The translations under genes and the position numbers were made by a program. The notes under the pieces are model-generated. The model did no database searches. It worked only from the letters and a program-made list of their open reading frames with translations, and was not told where the DNA came from. From Octopus sinensis (lineage: Eukaryota), in contig NW_021829658.1 of NCBI RefSeq assembly GCF_006345805.1, positions 1 to 27,388 on the forward strand: a stretch of DNA of 27,388 nt, written 5' to 3'. The stretch's first letter is position 1. Each line of letters starts with the position of its first letter. This document shows, piece after piece, positions 1 to 11,469 of the stretch.

Positions 1-99
1 TGCAGTTATACATAACATTACGTGTATGTCTCTTTCCATGACATTCTTTATTAATGATATATGTGTGCGTGTATGTGTGTTTGCTCGCGCGTATTCATA

Positions 100-184
100 A
101 TATTATATATTATATTTATGCACGTATATATATATATATATATGTATGTATTAATACGTATATATATACGCACATGCACAGTTG

Positions 185-252
<68 letters not shown>
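100..252. repeat. Compound (TA)n microsatellite
   Basis: Directly visible TA runs with TATG interruptions. Confidence 0.95.
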
Positions 253-284
253 TAGGCAGACAGACCTCAGAGATAGTTAGATAC

Positions 285-622
<338 letters not shown>

Positions 623-1828
623 ACGGTATATAATCACATACATATTGTTTCTGAGCGTGCACGCTCACACCCGCACATGCATTTATGTATGTGAGTGTAA
701 GCATCAAATATTGTTTAGAAATCCTTTTTTCATTCCTGGTGATTCCTGTTCGATTAAAACTCGTTGTATCTTGGGCAAGTTTCTCTGATCGTCGACTAAG
801 GTCACCCCAAATATTATGATCGGATGGTGTAAAAGACAGAATCATTAAATTTACCAATAATTGCGTTTCTCAAACTTCATCTATGCACAGATAAGCCCTA
901 CCTTTTATTTTCAGCATAGAAGTGACTACGGAATACTCAACCATTAACTGTATTATTCAGTATCAAAAGAATTTGAGCTGATTGGATAAATGTAATACAC
1001 ATCGTCGATATCGACGGAGCAACAATCACTTATTCCTGTAATGTGTGTGTGTATATGCTTATGTGTGTTTAAGTGTGTGTGTATGTATGTGTGCGAATGT
1101 GTATATAATATTTACATTATCATACATACATATATGTATATACACACACAGACGTTTCCATATATATCATTTGATAATTATATTATCAACTCTTATACTA
1201 AGATATTTACATATAGATACATGTATACACATCTATATACATATATTGTGTGCAAGCGTGAATAAATATATGTTCACATATATATGTACGTATCAATCTA
1301 TCTAACTATATATAGGTGAGTGGTGTGTGTGTGTGTGTTTACAGATATATATCTTCGTGTGTGTGCGCGTGTGCATATGTGTATACATATATGTGTGTAT
1401 ATATCAACTCACAGATTAAATATACATATATATATATACACATGCATGCATATATACACACACACGTCATTCGCATATACATTTGATATGTATATATATT
1501 TATAAATGCGTGTGTGCCTGTGTGGGTGCTTCTTTCTCCTCTCGTAATAACCATATATGTATGCGTGAGTATACATGTGCGCGTGTTGGTGTTTGTGCCT
1601 GTGTGTATGTGTAAATATATATATATATATATATATATATACCAGAGTAAATTATCCGATATAAGTACATGAGGATCAATATATCATACCACAAGTGACA
1701 TAGCGATGTGATAACTATAATGGTGATCTCTGTTTTTACCACATCGTCACAAAATTTTAAGGGATGTGCTCAGTCGATTTAATCGTTATGCTTCGATTTA
1801 ATGTTTGTGCATATCCACAGCCTTGTGA

Positions 1829-1865
1829 GTAATAATAACAAAAACAACAACAACAACAAACAATG

Positions 1866-1943
<78 letters not shown>

Positions 1944-1945
1944 GG
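1829..1945. repeat. (AAC)n followed by (AAT)n microsatellite
   Basis: Directly visible. Confidence 0.95.
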
Positions 1946-4149
1946 ACGAAAATAGTGATAATAATATTAGTTTTCTTACTTTTAATAAAAATAGTATTAG
2001 TTATAATAATAATAACAAAACCCAGCACTATGACATTGGGAAATCGCATAACACACATTGTACACAGCTGTAACCCGTTAACTTAGCACAAAGCACACAC
2101 CACAATCTTAGACTTCGACTCGCTAAAGTAATGTTTTGGCACAGTGTGGCCGTACATAAGAGAGATAATCACAATGCAACGAAATAATGCAACTCACATT
2201 ACACATCCTCTATATAACAGAAGCCGCCCCAGAAACACGCTTAATGTAATGTAGTATATAGGCACAGATTCAGATCCCTAAAATAAATTTTTAAAATGCA
2301 GCACATGCCTGTTATGGATCTCTGAGCGTTTAGTGATACAGTGAAGTATCGCAATATTTTAAAAAACTGTTTCATTGGCCACAAAACACCGTAGGTGAAG
2401 CGAACGTATAATACTCGCTTTAAATCAAGTTAAGAATCTGGTACACAAATCAAATACAATAACTGCTTTACTTATAGAAGATGAGAAGTTGACCGCCTCA
2501 ATTGTTGAAGAGCAGCCATACACTCTCATTAAGTTTCACTTTGATTATTCTCCCATTGATTCTTAGCAAGTTTACCAATTCTTGTACAGCTCAAGACCCA
2601 TTAGGTCGTGTTATTTCAGTGGTTGATAGATGGCTGGTTGTGTTTCTCAGCCATCACTCATCTAGGGTGCCTTGTTCCCGGCATCGATCTTATCACAAGA
2701 AACAATTTGATTTAACTCCTTTTAGATTCAGCATTAATTCATTTAATTTAGATTTGTGCTTTCGAAGTTCAATTACAGTTAGGTTTTCTCGGGGAGTGGG
2801 TGTCTCTTTGAGCAAGACATCCTGTCTCTTGCTTGTAATTCTTCTTGGATCATACCCAGACATTTTGTCCTATTTCACTTCATTACTTGATTTCCTACTT
2901 TTCTCTTCTGTTTTTGCTTTCCGTCACCGTATGATGTAGTACTCTTAGCCTCTGATTATGTACCTGCGGGTAGAATATTGGTATCTCTTCATTTGACAGT
3001 TATTAATGTTGCTAAATGAGTCAATTTATCTGGCTTCCGCTTCGGCCATTCCCATAACCTCGACTGCTAGTGTAGCGGCAGCTATGGATTCCGCCCATGA
3101 GATCTACTGCTGGTATCATGTTGTTAGTCACTGCTATTGTTACTGTGCTGTCTGCTGAACACTGTTATCAGTTTTTCTTCGTCTTCTGAAGGATCTCAAG
3201 TGATTTTTATTACCATAAATGTCTTTCTATCCTGTACCAACTCTCTAACGTCCAATTTCGTTCTGTCAGTGGATTAAATTTCTGTTATCGACCAGTGGCC
3301 TCTGCGATCCACTAAATAATGGATATCCACATATATCCCTAACCATTACTTCTGCGTCACACGCAATACCACATGGGTGACGAGACTTCCCTAGTTAACG
3401 CGAATAAGAAAAGCTCCGGTCATGAACAACGTGTTTCTTCTCCGGGTTAAAACTAGGCCAGTCACTGCAGCTCCACACCATCGTAAAGACAAAGGACATA
3501 ATTTCATACGTTCAATATGTCTTATCGTAGCCAACTGTGCAGAAGAGCCCCCACACAAGATTTCATCCAACTCATATGAAAGCTCCTCTGTTTTTTCTTT
3601 AAACATTACTACCTTGCTTTTTATCCTTCCGCCAATAAATTCTTAACGCAAGGATCAATTCTTCCTATATCATTGCTCATACATCTTACACGTGTTTTCC
3701 TTTGTCTAGAGTGGAATGGTTTCCAGAAATTTTCTTTGTCTTGCAACTCTAAGAACAAGTTGAAATATTTTGTTCAAGCCATTGTTGAAGCTCCTATTAA
3801 TGCCATGTAAGTTTTCATTTTCGTTTGGTAAAAAAAAAATGGATCTTTATAAATGTGTTTATACAGTTGTCGTTTCTATTTTTAATCGCTATTTCATTAG
3901 TACATAAAAATGTTCGTGTTTACTAGACGCTAGCCTTTCTTGCCAGTTTCATCGGTAGCCATGTTAAACAAACAAAATAGATAATTCAAACAAAGTAGTA
4001 TTTACAGCAAAAATTATTTTTTTAATAAAATAATATAAATATTTTCTAAGAGGAATTCTGCGAAACCTGCTCATTGAAAGTGATAAACAGCGCAAACAGA
4101 GGAAGAAAGAAGTAAACCCTGCAGTAATATCACAAAGAAAATAACATTA

Positions 4150-4218
4150 TGATATGATTATGATGATGGTGATAGTGGTGGTAATCATGATGATTATGAC
4201 GACGACGACGACGACGAC

Positions 4219-4268
<50 letters not shown>

Positions 4269-4500
4269 GATGATGATGATGATAGATTTTTCCCGTTAGA
4301 GATGATGTATGAGTGATCAGCTCTTGCCGAAAGACCTGAGCGACTGATTCGTTTATACTGTTCAAACGTATGCGCTGTCCCTCCATCAAATCGATGTTGC
4401 GGGAACAGATTCATGCTATACCACACATCAGATGTAGAAATGATCGCAGAACAGGGTGAGAGGGAATGTTTTGCTCAAGAACACAACACTTTAACAGGCA
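4150..4500 (-). mobile_element. 5'-truncated SINE (family C type) with (CAT)n tail
   Basis: Minus strand reads gtgttgtgttcttgagcaaaacatt...gtcgatttgatggaggga-like body...ctatcatcatcatc. The motif ttgctcaagarcaca is shared with the copy at 15731-16035. Family recognised from memory of octopus repeats. Confidence 0.7.
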
Positions 4501-4680
4501 CATTCAAACAGTAAGCTAGTTTTTCTTCTTAGATTCAGATTAACTTAAAACGCTTCAAATTCCTTGTTTAAAGCTTAAATTCTTAAAACTTACACTTTTT
4601 TCATTCATAATCATATGAAAGCTATTTGAAACACCATGACTGCTACAATACTGAACCTATTTTTGAAATACGTGTATTTC

Positions 4681-4712
<32 letters not shown>

Positions 4713-5165
4713 TTTTCTGTCCCTTTGCCTTTTTACCACAACTATGTCTTTCTCTATCACTTTCTTCACTACTTCTTAAAAAATATTTTTTGACATCGTA
4801 AAATTCTTCAGCCGAAATCATTTTTTCACAGACCACTTCAAACAGTAAGCCAGATTTTCGTTAGATTCGGTTTAATGCTTCTTCCTCCTTCTTTAACTAA
4901 ATCTTAAATTTACAGGTGGGCAGTGATGAACGCTGCAGCATGCACCTTTGCTCGGCCGTGGTGTGAACTGTACCACTTTCCGTAATTTCCAATATCTACC
5001 CACCTCACTTCCGTGTTTACAACCACTCCAAGCAGCCCCCTGCTTTCACTGTCAATGCGAATATATTATACTGAATTTGTGTTAAATAGCTTCCTCTCTT
5101 CTCTGCCTGATCTTTCTGTTCTTTACCTTCTATCTAGTTTCTCTCTCTCTCTCTCTATCTCTATA

Positions 5166-5203
<38 letters not shown>

Positions 5204-5240
5204 ATATATATATATATATATAAAGAGAGAGAGAGAGAAA

Positions 5241-5542
5241 AGTGTACGTACGCCACTAATTGTATATCCCCCAATACAAAAAACGGGACAGTACGCAACT
5301 GGCGGCGACAAGACATCCAGTGAGTTAGATGATACAAAAAAGGAACAAGAAAAAAAACAAGGACAGGTTATTCGGAGTGACCTTTTGTCAGTCGAATTCC
5401 AGATTTTCTTTGCAGTTTCGGGGGTTATCCTCGAGACGGCTCCATTCTGGCCAGCTCCTTGTGAATGGATTCGGTAGACGGAAACTGAAAGAAGCCCGTT
5501 ATATTATGTATATTATTGTATATATATATTATATAGATATAT

Positions 5543-5578
<36 letters not shown>

Positions 5579-5863
5579 ATAAAGAGAGAGAAGAGAGAAA
5601 AGTGTACGTACGCCACTAATTGTATATCCCCCAAAATACAAAAAACGGGACAAGTACGCAACTGGCGGCGACAAGACATCCAGTGAGTTAGATGATACAA
5701 AAAAGGAACAAGAAAAAAAACAAGGACAGGTTATTCGGAGTGACCTTTTGTCAGTCGAATTCCAGATTTTCTTTGCAGTTTCGGCTGGTTATACTCGAGA
5801 CGGCTCCATTCTGGCCAGCTCCTTGTGAATGGATTCGGTAGACGGAAACTGAAAGAAGCCCGT
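5241..5863. repeat. Tandem direct duplication, 360-bp period (non-microsatellite parts 5241-5499 and 5601-5863)
   Basis: agtgtacgtacgccactaattg starts at both 5241 and 5601; the two copies are near-identical through gaaagaagcccgt. Confidence 0.95.
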
Positions 5864-5865
5864 CG

Positions 5866-5911
<46 letters not shown>

Positions 5912-6126
5912 CATATGTTTGTGTTTTTGTCCCCCAACATCGCTTGACAGCCGATGGTGGTGTGTTTACGTCCCCATAACTTAGCGGTTCGGTAAAAGAG
6001 ACCGATAGAATAAGTACTAGGCGTTCAAAGAATAAGTCCTGGGATCGATTTGCTCTACAAAAGGCGGTGCTCCCTCAAGGCCGCAGTCCAATGACTGAAA
6101 CAAGTAAAAGTGTAAAAGAAAAAGAG
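5820..6126 (+). mobile_element. tRNA-derived SINE family A (CORE-like), 5'-truncated
   Basis: ccttgtgaatggattcggtagacggaaactgaaagaagcccgtcg, internal (TA)/(TG) tract, then catcgcttgacagccgatg...aaggcggtgctcc...tgactgaaacaagtaaaag. Matches the copies at 12429, 19471, 23515 and 26261. Confidence 0.9.
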
Positions 6127-6214
6127 TGAAAATCGAAAACAGAACTTAGATAGAAGCACCAGGAAGGTGCCCACAATGCACAACGTACACCACACTAAAA
6201 ATCAATAACGATAA

Positions 6215-7200
6215 TCTAATTAACAAGAAAGGAAGGAGGCAGAGGATTACTAAAGGATAGAATATCCTTAGCACTGCGATATCGGGGTTGAAAAGTACGT
6301 TGTACGAAGTGAAGAATGAATACTATTGGCGGATAGACGTATCCCGAAATTTACTAAAACAGTAGGAAACTCGAAGAATAAAAGGAAGAATAGAAAAAGT
6401 AGATGAAGAGAATTGCATAGGCAATTCATACTACTAACCGAAGATGTTGCAAAGAAGACCGGCTTCGACGAGCGGATGGAAACCAAATGTAGACTGAAGA
6501 GCTAATTATAATCATTCAGGAACAAGCCATTAGGACGAATCTGATAAAGACAAACAGCGAGTTGCAGGTAAGGAGGCGGAAGTATCAATCACCTGTTGAT
6601 TGAATGTAGTAAACCAACAGTAGAAAAGTATAGGCCCAGTAATGACGGTATAGGTCAAAGAGTGCATTGGGATGTTAGATGAGCATGTGGCTTCCAAATA
6701 AAAGGCAAGTGTTATGAACACAAAACGGAGGCTGTGCTAGAGGATAAGTTGTAAAGGATCTTTTAAGATTTCCTCGTAAAGAATGACCATATTATTGAAG
6801 CAAGACCAAATATGGTTACAAAGGACAAACAAAATAAACGGGGTAAAATCAGAAAATTTGTAGTTATCTATGATACCAGATTGATAAAAAAAAAGAGATT
6901 GAAAATAATTGAGCAATATCAAGACCTAGCCAGAAAGCTGAAGAGATTGTGAAAGATTTAAACAATAATTTTCCCTCATGTAAAAGATGCACTTGGCACA
7001 ACAATCAAGATACTGGAATCGAAAATCGCATTGTCCAATTGTACGAGAGTATTGACTTGTATTCAGCACGAAACTTAAAGAAGTTGACTTGCTCTCGCAA
7101 CACCTCAAGATATGATTATTGCTATTGAAATTAGAATGTAATAGCTTAATTACAAAAATAATGATGAGAATGATGCTGATGATAAAAAAAAAAATAATAA
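6215..7200 (+). mobile_element. Decayed RLE-type non-LTR retrotransposon (R4/Dong-like) fragment 1: end of RT, zinc-knuckle region, RLE domain and 3' tail
   Basis: Manual translation across stops and frameshifts: RKEGGRGLL; TEELIIIIQEQAIRTNLIK; SINHLLIECSK...RVHWDV..CGF...YEHKTEAVLE; DHIIEARPNMV...EQYQDLARKLKRL...DALG. These follow the conserved order of R4-clade motifs. Ends in a GAT/AAT-rich tail. Confidence 0.9.
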
Positions 7201-7610
7201 TAGAGCACGGAAGGCTGGATATAGTAACCTTTAGGTGGAACAACAAGTGTGCCTAATAGTCGACGTGGTAGTGCCAGATCAGCATGCTATCATGAAAGAA
7301 AGAGAAAAGGTTGATAAATATAGAGACATGATAACTGAGATCACCAAGAAGTGGCAGCTGCGAGAGTGACACAGTTTGCTCCTGCTGTCATCGGAGCATT
7401 GGGTTCAATATCACCCAGCAATGAAGAAACAACAGGACACTTTAGAAATACCGTACATTCATTGTGTATTGCAAAAGTCGGCTTTTCTTGGAACTGCGGG
7501 TATACTGCGTAAAGTGCTAGCTGCCTAAGGTCATTGTTGTGACTTTTTCAGACAGTACAATCCCACAGTACACACAATATCTTCAGTGTACATCACAATA
7601 CTGGTTAGTA
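7200..7610 (+). mobile_element. Decayed RLE LINE fragment 2 (endonuclease domain plus 3' UTR)
   Basis: IEHGRLDIV / CLIVDVVVPDQHAIMKEREKVDKYRDMITEITKKWQL / PAVIGALG / LQKSAFLGTAGILRKVLAA, stop at 7526-7528. Confidence 0.9.
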
Positions 7611-7922
7611 TAAGAGATATAGAATAAAATAGCAAAGTACCAGGACCTAGCCATTTGATTATGGAGACTATGGTAAGTGAGGGTAAAATGTGTCCCAGTA
7701 GTTATAGGTGCATTGGGAAATATCCCTAAAGATCTAAACAGATGGATAGAGGAAATAGCCACAAAACCCAGTATAATACAGCTGCAGAAAACAGTGTTAT
7801 TTGGGATAGCTAGATATTTAAGAGGGTTCTTGGCATCTAAGGGTATTTACTGTAGTCCTAACTTAGGTTATTTTCTTTTTCAACAGACTAATCTGTTATG
7901 TGTGTATGAAAAATAATAAATG
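7610..7922 (+). mobile_element. Decayed RLE LINE fragment 3 (C-terminal half of endonuclease plus 3' UTR)
   Basis: KIAKYQDLAI*LWRLW*VRVKCVPVVIGALGNIPKDLNRWIEEI...LQKTVLFGIARYLRGFL; includes track ORF 7677..7916. Confidence 0.9.
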
Positions 7923-7923
7923 T

Positions 7924-8071
7924 AAGAAGAAGAAGAGAAGAAGAAGAAGAAGAAGAAGAAGAAGAAGAAGAAGAAGAAGAAGAAGAAGAAGAAGAAGAAG
8001 AAGAAGAAGAAGAAGGAGGAGGAGGATGAGGAGGAGCAGAAGAAGAAGAAGGAGAGGAAGAAGAAGAAGAA
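7924..8071. repeat. (GAA)n/(GAG)n polypurine tract
   Basis: Directly visible. Confidence 0.95.
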
Positions 8072-8277
8072 GGCGATCTGGCAGAAACGTTAGCACGCTG
8101 GGCGAAATGCTGAGCGGTATTTCGTCTGCCGTTACGTTCTGAGTTCAAATTCCGCCGAGGTCGACTTTGCCTTTCATCCTTTCGGGGTCGGTAAATTAAG
8201 TACCAGTTTCATACTGCTGTCGATCTAATCGAATAACACCCTCCCCAAAAACTTCCGGCCTTGCCCAAAATTTTGAG
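8072..8277 (+). mobile_element. tRNA-derived SINE family B, near full length
   Basis: A-box-like tggcagaaacg, B-box-like agttcaaattcc, body gaggtcgactttgcctttcatcctttcggggtcg. Matches 12859-13078 and 20548-21188. Confidence 0.9.
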
Positions 8278-8773
8278 CTACAGATTACCAAGCAACAAAC
8301 AAATACACACATTATATAAACACACGTCTTAATTTCAGTAATATTTCCATGCGCAAGGACATATGAATATCTATTCCGTGATATCCTATATCACGCAAAT
8401 ATAGCTCACAACTATTGACTCTCAATCCTAAAATTTTATACTATTTCACTGCTCATCAACATTATAATTTAACAGAAACGTCTTTAATTTCATAATATTA
8501 AACTATCAAATTCTAGATCACACCCAGCCTAAGTAATCAAATCTCTTATTTATTTCAAGCCATTATCTATTATTTCATACCTCACATTCTTTTCACATCC
8601 TGCCATCCTGCCACTGTTTTGTTCATTTTTCTTTACTTATTTATATTTTTATCATATATTTTATTTCATTTACTTCTAATCTGTCACTACCTCTATGTTT
8701 AGATATATACATATATAGATATATATACACATACGCATACACGCACGCACACAAACACCACACATGTATGTTG

Positions 8774-8805
<32 letters not shown>

Positions 8806-9264
8806 ATTATTATATATTTACACCTATCTCTCTCTCTCTCTTTTCATATATATATATACATACATATACAACATACAAACATACACACACAACAAACACA
8901 CACACATATATATATATAATATATATAAACACATACATTTTTTAAACATATATATTACTGCAAATCATATTAAATGTTTATGATAAAACGAGGAAGGCGC
9001 TCCTAGCTATATTTTCCTGTGATCTGATGATCTTTGATATAATTTTTTTATGGGAAAGGTCATAAGGAATCTGATAGTGGTACAGTGATTTCATTGTTGA
9101 TTGTTATAGGATTTTTACCTTTATTTGGCTTTGCACCTAATAAGTGGAGGGATTAATAGGATAGGGTACCCGGGTCATGTATCCGATTGTAATCGTGTAA
9201 ATATACACACAACACATACAAATGTATGTTAACGCATGTATATACATGCTGGCATACAGTTTCT

Positions 9265-9405
9265 GTGTGTGTGTATTAGTTTAACGCTCGGGAAGTGAAA
9301 AAGACTTTAACGTTTCGAGCCTACGCTCTTCCACAGAGAGGAACACAGAAAGAAGCAAGGAGAGAAAATAAAGAATGAAGAGTGGCTAGCGATCTATCAT
9401 GGCGA
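9265..9405 (-). mobile_element. Penelope-like terminal repeat fragment next to (TA)n
   Basis: Homologous to 19830-20012 (gtgtattagtttaacgctcgg...ttcgagccta...gcgatctatcatg) and contains a hammerhead-like core. The PLE assignment is inferred from that core. Confidence 0.6.
9305..9340 (-). ncRNA. Degenerate minimal hammerhead-like motif
   Basis: Minus strand: CUCU CUGUGGA A GAGC GUAG GCUC GAAA CG UU AAAG. Stem II is perfect; the core has A6 changed to U. Confidence 0.5.
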
Positions 9406-9440
9406 ATATATATATATATATATAATATATATATATATAT

Positions 9441-9477
<37 letters not shown>

Positions 9478-9549
9478 CTGTGGTGTGTGTAATATATATA
9501 TATAATATGTAAAAATAACCTACTCACTAATATTATAATATATATATAT

Positions 9550-10415
9550 AATTGAATTGTAAATACACAAACTAAGTAAAACACATATAGCATATTTTGA
9601 GTGCAGAAATGGACGAAAGATAGGCACAGAAGATCTCTATTTCTTCATCGGTTATCAACCAAATGATATTGCTCAGTTTCGCACCATAAGATTGACGGGC
9701 CTCCCATGCTGGCGGCACCCGCAAAAGTTGCGGAGTATATAGGGCCGAGATCAAACATTACAAGTATAACAAGAATACAGAACTGGACATACGAAAGTGA
9801 ATAAATGTAATTTGAGACCACGGACGAATGACTAGTTCGAACTGAATATGAAACTAGCAAAATATAGCCTCAGGGCCAAAAAGACATAAATGTTGGGTAA
9901 CGCTGATAGGCACATCGTAAAGGATTAGAAAATAGCAAGATATGTACCAGTGGGACACAGAGAATTTAGGACCAGTCAGCTGCGCTACCGGTGTAAAAAA
10001 AGAAGAGAGAGAAAGTTTGGCTGGCCAGTGGTCAAGTGTCAGCAGCCTGCAGAGGAGAAAAAAGACAAAGGAGAGGGAGATATAGAAAGAGAGAGCGACA
10101 GAGAAAGGCTAGAAATAGAAGAGGGCAAAAGAGAGGGATAAACAGAAAGGAAGAGACAAGAAAAGTGAAAGGAGAATGGTTAGAAATAGAATCGCAAGGA
10201 TATATAAATAACTTATTGTTAATAAAAACAAGGGGACGTTGTGTGCCTTTGCTTAATAAATGAAATATATATATATAGTAAATGCAAGAAGGACAAGTAA
10301 AGACGTATAAGATATATTGAGTGCACAAATGGACGAAAGACAGACCCAGAGTATCCCTAATTCTTCATCAGTTATCAACCAGAGGGTATTATTCAGTTTC
10401 ACACCATTAAGATAT
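9550..10415 (-). mobile_element. PLE-like element with ~110-bp diverged direct repeats (9585-9690 and 10305-10412)
   Basis: Shared aaatggacgaaaga at 9607 and 10327 (720 bp apart) and shared ttcttcatc(g/a)gttatcaacca; each copy follows a (TA)n tract. Confidence 0.55.
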
Positions 10416-10501
10416 ATGCATGCATGTATGTATGTATGTATGTATGTATGTATGTATGTATGTATGTATGTAGTATGTATGTATGTATGTATGAATGCAT
10501 A

Positions 10502-11353
10502 CACACGTATCTGATGAATAAGTATATGGATTGTTGCCACAGTAACGAGGTTAAAGTATGCAGAGATACGCTGCTGGGAAGCGATTGACCTTGAACTTTG
10601 GTGTGCATGTGAACTAAGTTTTAACGTACTAGCTTACTTCTGCTGTTTACATCAGTGCTTAGAAGTAAGGTGTGTAAAGTGTGATCGTCGCATTGACCAT
10701 GAGAGAGAATCTGCTTCAAATTTTGCCAGACGCTTAGCGATACTTGCTCAGAGGCCAACGCAAGGTTTTCAAAATGTTTTCATCGTTCTAGACAAGAGAT
10801 TTTGTGCAACTGAAATCCGTGTGTCTTTTCTCGTCATCAGAAAGCAATTTTGGCAAAAACTTGTCAGACACGCGTCTCATACCCAAATCGTCAGTAATAA
10901 TGGACTGAACTGAACCGTATCTAATCGATACATCCTCTGATATCTCAAGGCTGGTGCGACGATACCCCTCACAGCTGCACCCATATCTGCGATGTTTTTC
11001 TCACTGCTGGTTGTGGATCTCCCAGAATGTCCGTCAATATCGACATTTTTTCCGCCATCTTTTAAAAGTCTGAACTACTCGTACACTTGTGTGCGGTTCT
11101 TACACTCCGCTCCGTACACCTTCTGCAACTTTGCGCAGACGTCTGGGCAGGTACCGCCATGACATCTTACTCTGTCATAGTCAATACGCTACACACAAGC
11201 ACTGCTGCAAACAGCGGAAATGAGCTAGAACGTTAAAACTTAGTGCGCATGCACAGCAGAGTTCATTGTCAATCTTTGCTAAGCGGCTTCACTCTGCGTG
11301 CTTTAGCTTCGTTGCGATAGTAACAGTTGGGATACTTATTGATCCGATCTCGT
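10502..11353 (-). mobile_element. Non-autonomous mariner derivative with ~190-bp inverted arms and an N-terminal transposase remnant
   Basis: Minus translation KLQKVYGAECKNRTQVYE*FRLLKDG...GHSGRSTT and EISEDVSIRYGSVQSIITDDLGMRRVSDKFLPKLL (mariner HTH region plus WVPHEL-equivalent motif). Arms 10502-10707 and 11170-11353; a 46-bp core of the arms has 6 mismatches. Confidence 0.9.
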
Positions 11354-11379
11354 CGTCATACACACACACAATTGGAACG

Positions 11380-11450
<71 letters not shown>

Positions 11451-11469
11451 TGTATGTATGTATGTATAT

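Noticed and set aside
1003-1016. Perfect 14-bp palindrome cgtcgatatcgacg
   Set aside because: Short enough to occur by chance in 27 kb; no associated structure.
4130-4426. ORF with poly-His and poly-Arg
   Set aside because: Runs through a SINE body into its (CAT)n/(CGT)n tail.
5298-5312. aactggcggcgac as an LTR primer-binding site
   Set aside because: No LTR, polypurine tract or gag/pol remnant nearby.
5013-5477. 154-aa ORF
   Set aside because: Reads through CT/TA/GA microsatellites into the duplicated unit and SINE; no domain recognised.
7888-8148. Poly-Ser, poly-Leu and poly-Arg ORFs
   Set aside because: Frames of the (GAA)n tract plus the SINE head.
8072-8160. tRNA genes at SINE heads
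   Set aside because: A and B boxes are present but there is no cloverleaf, and the sequence continues into SINE bodies.
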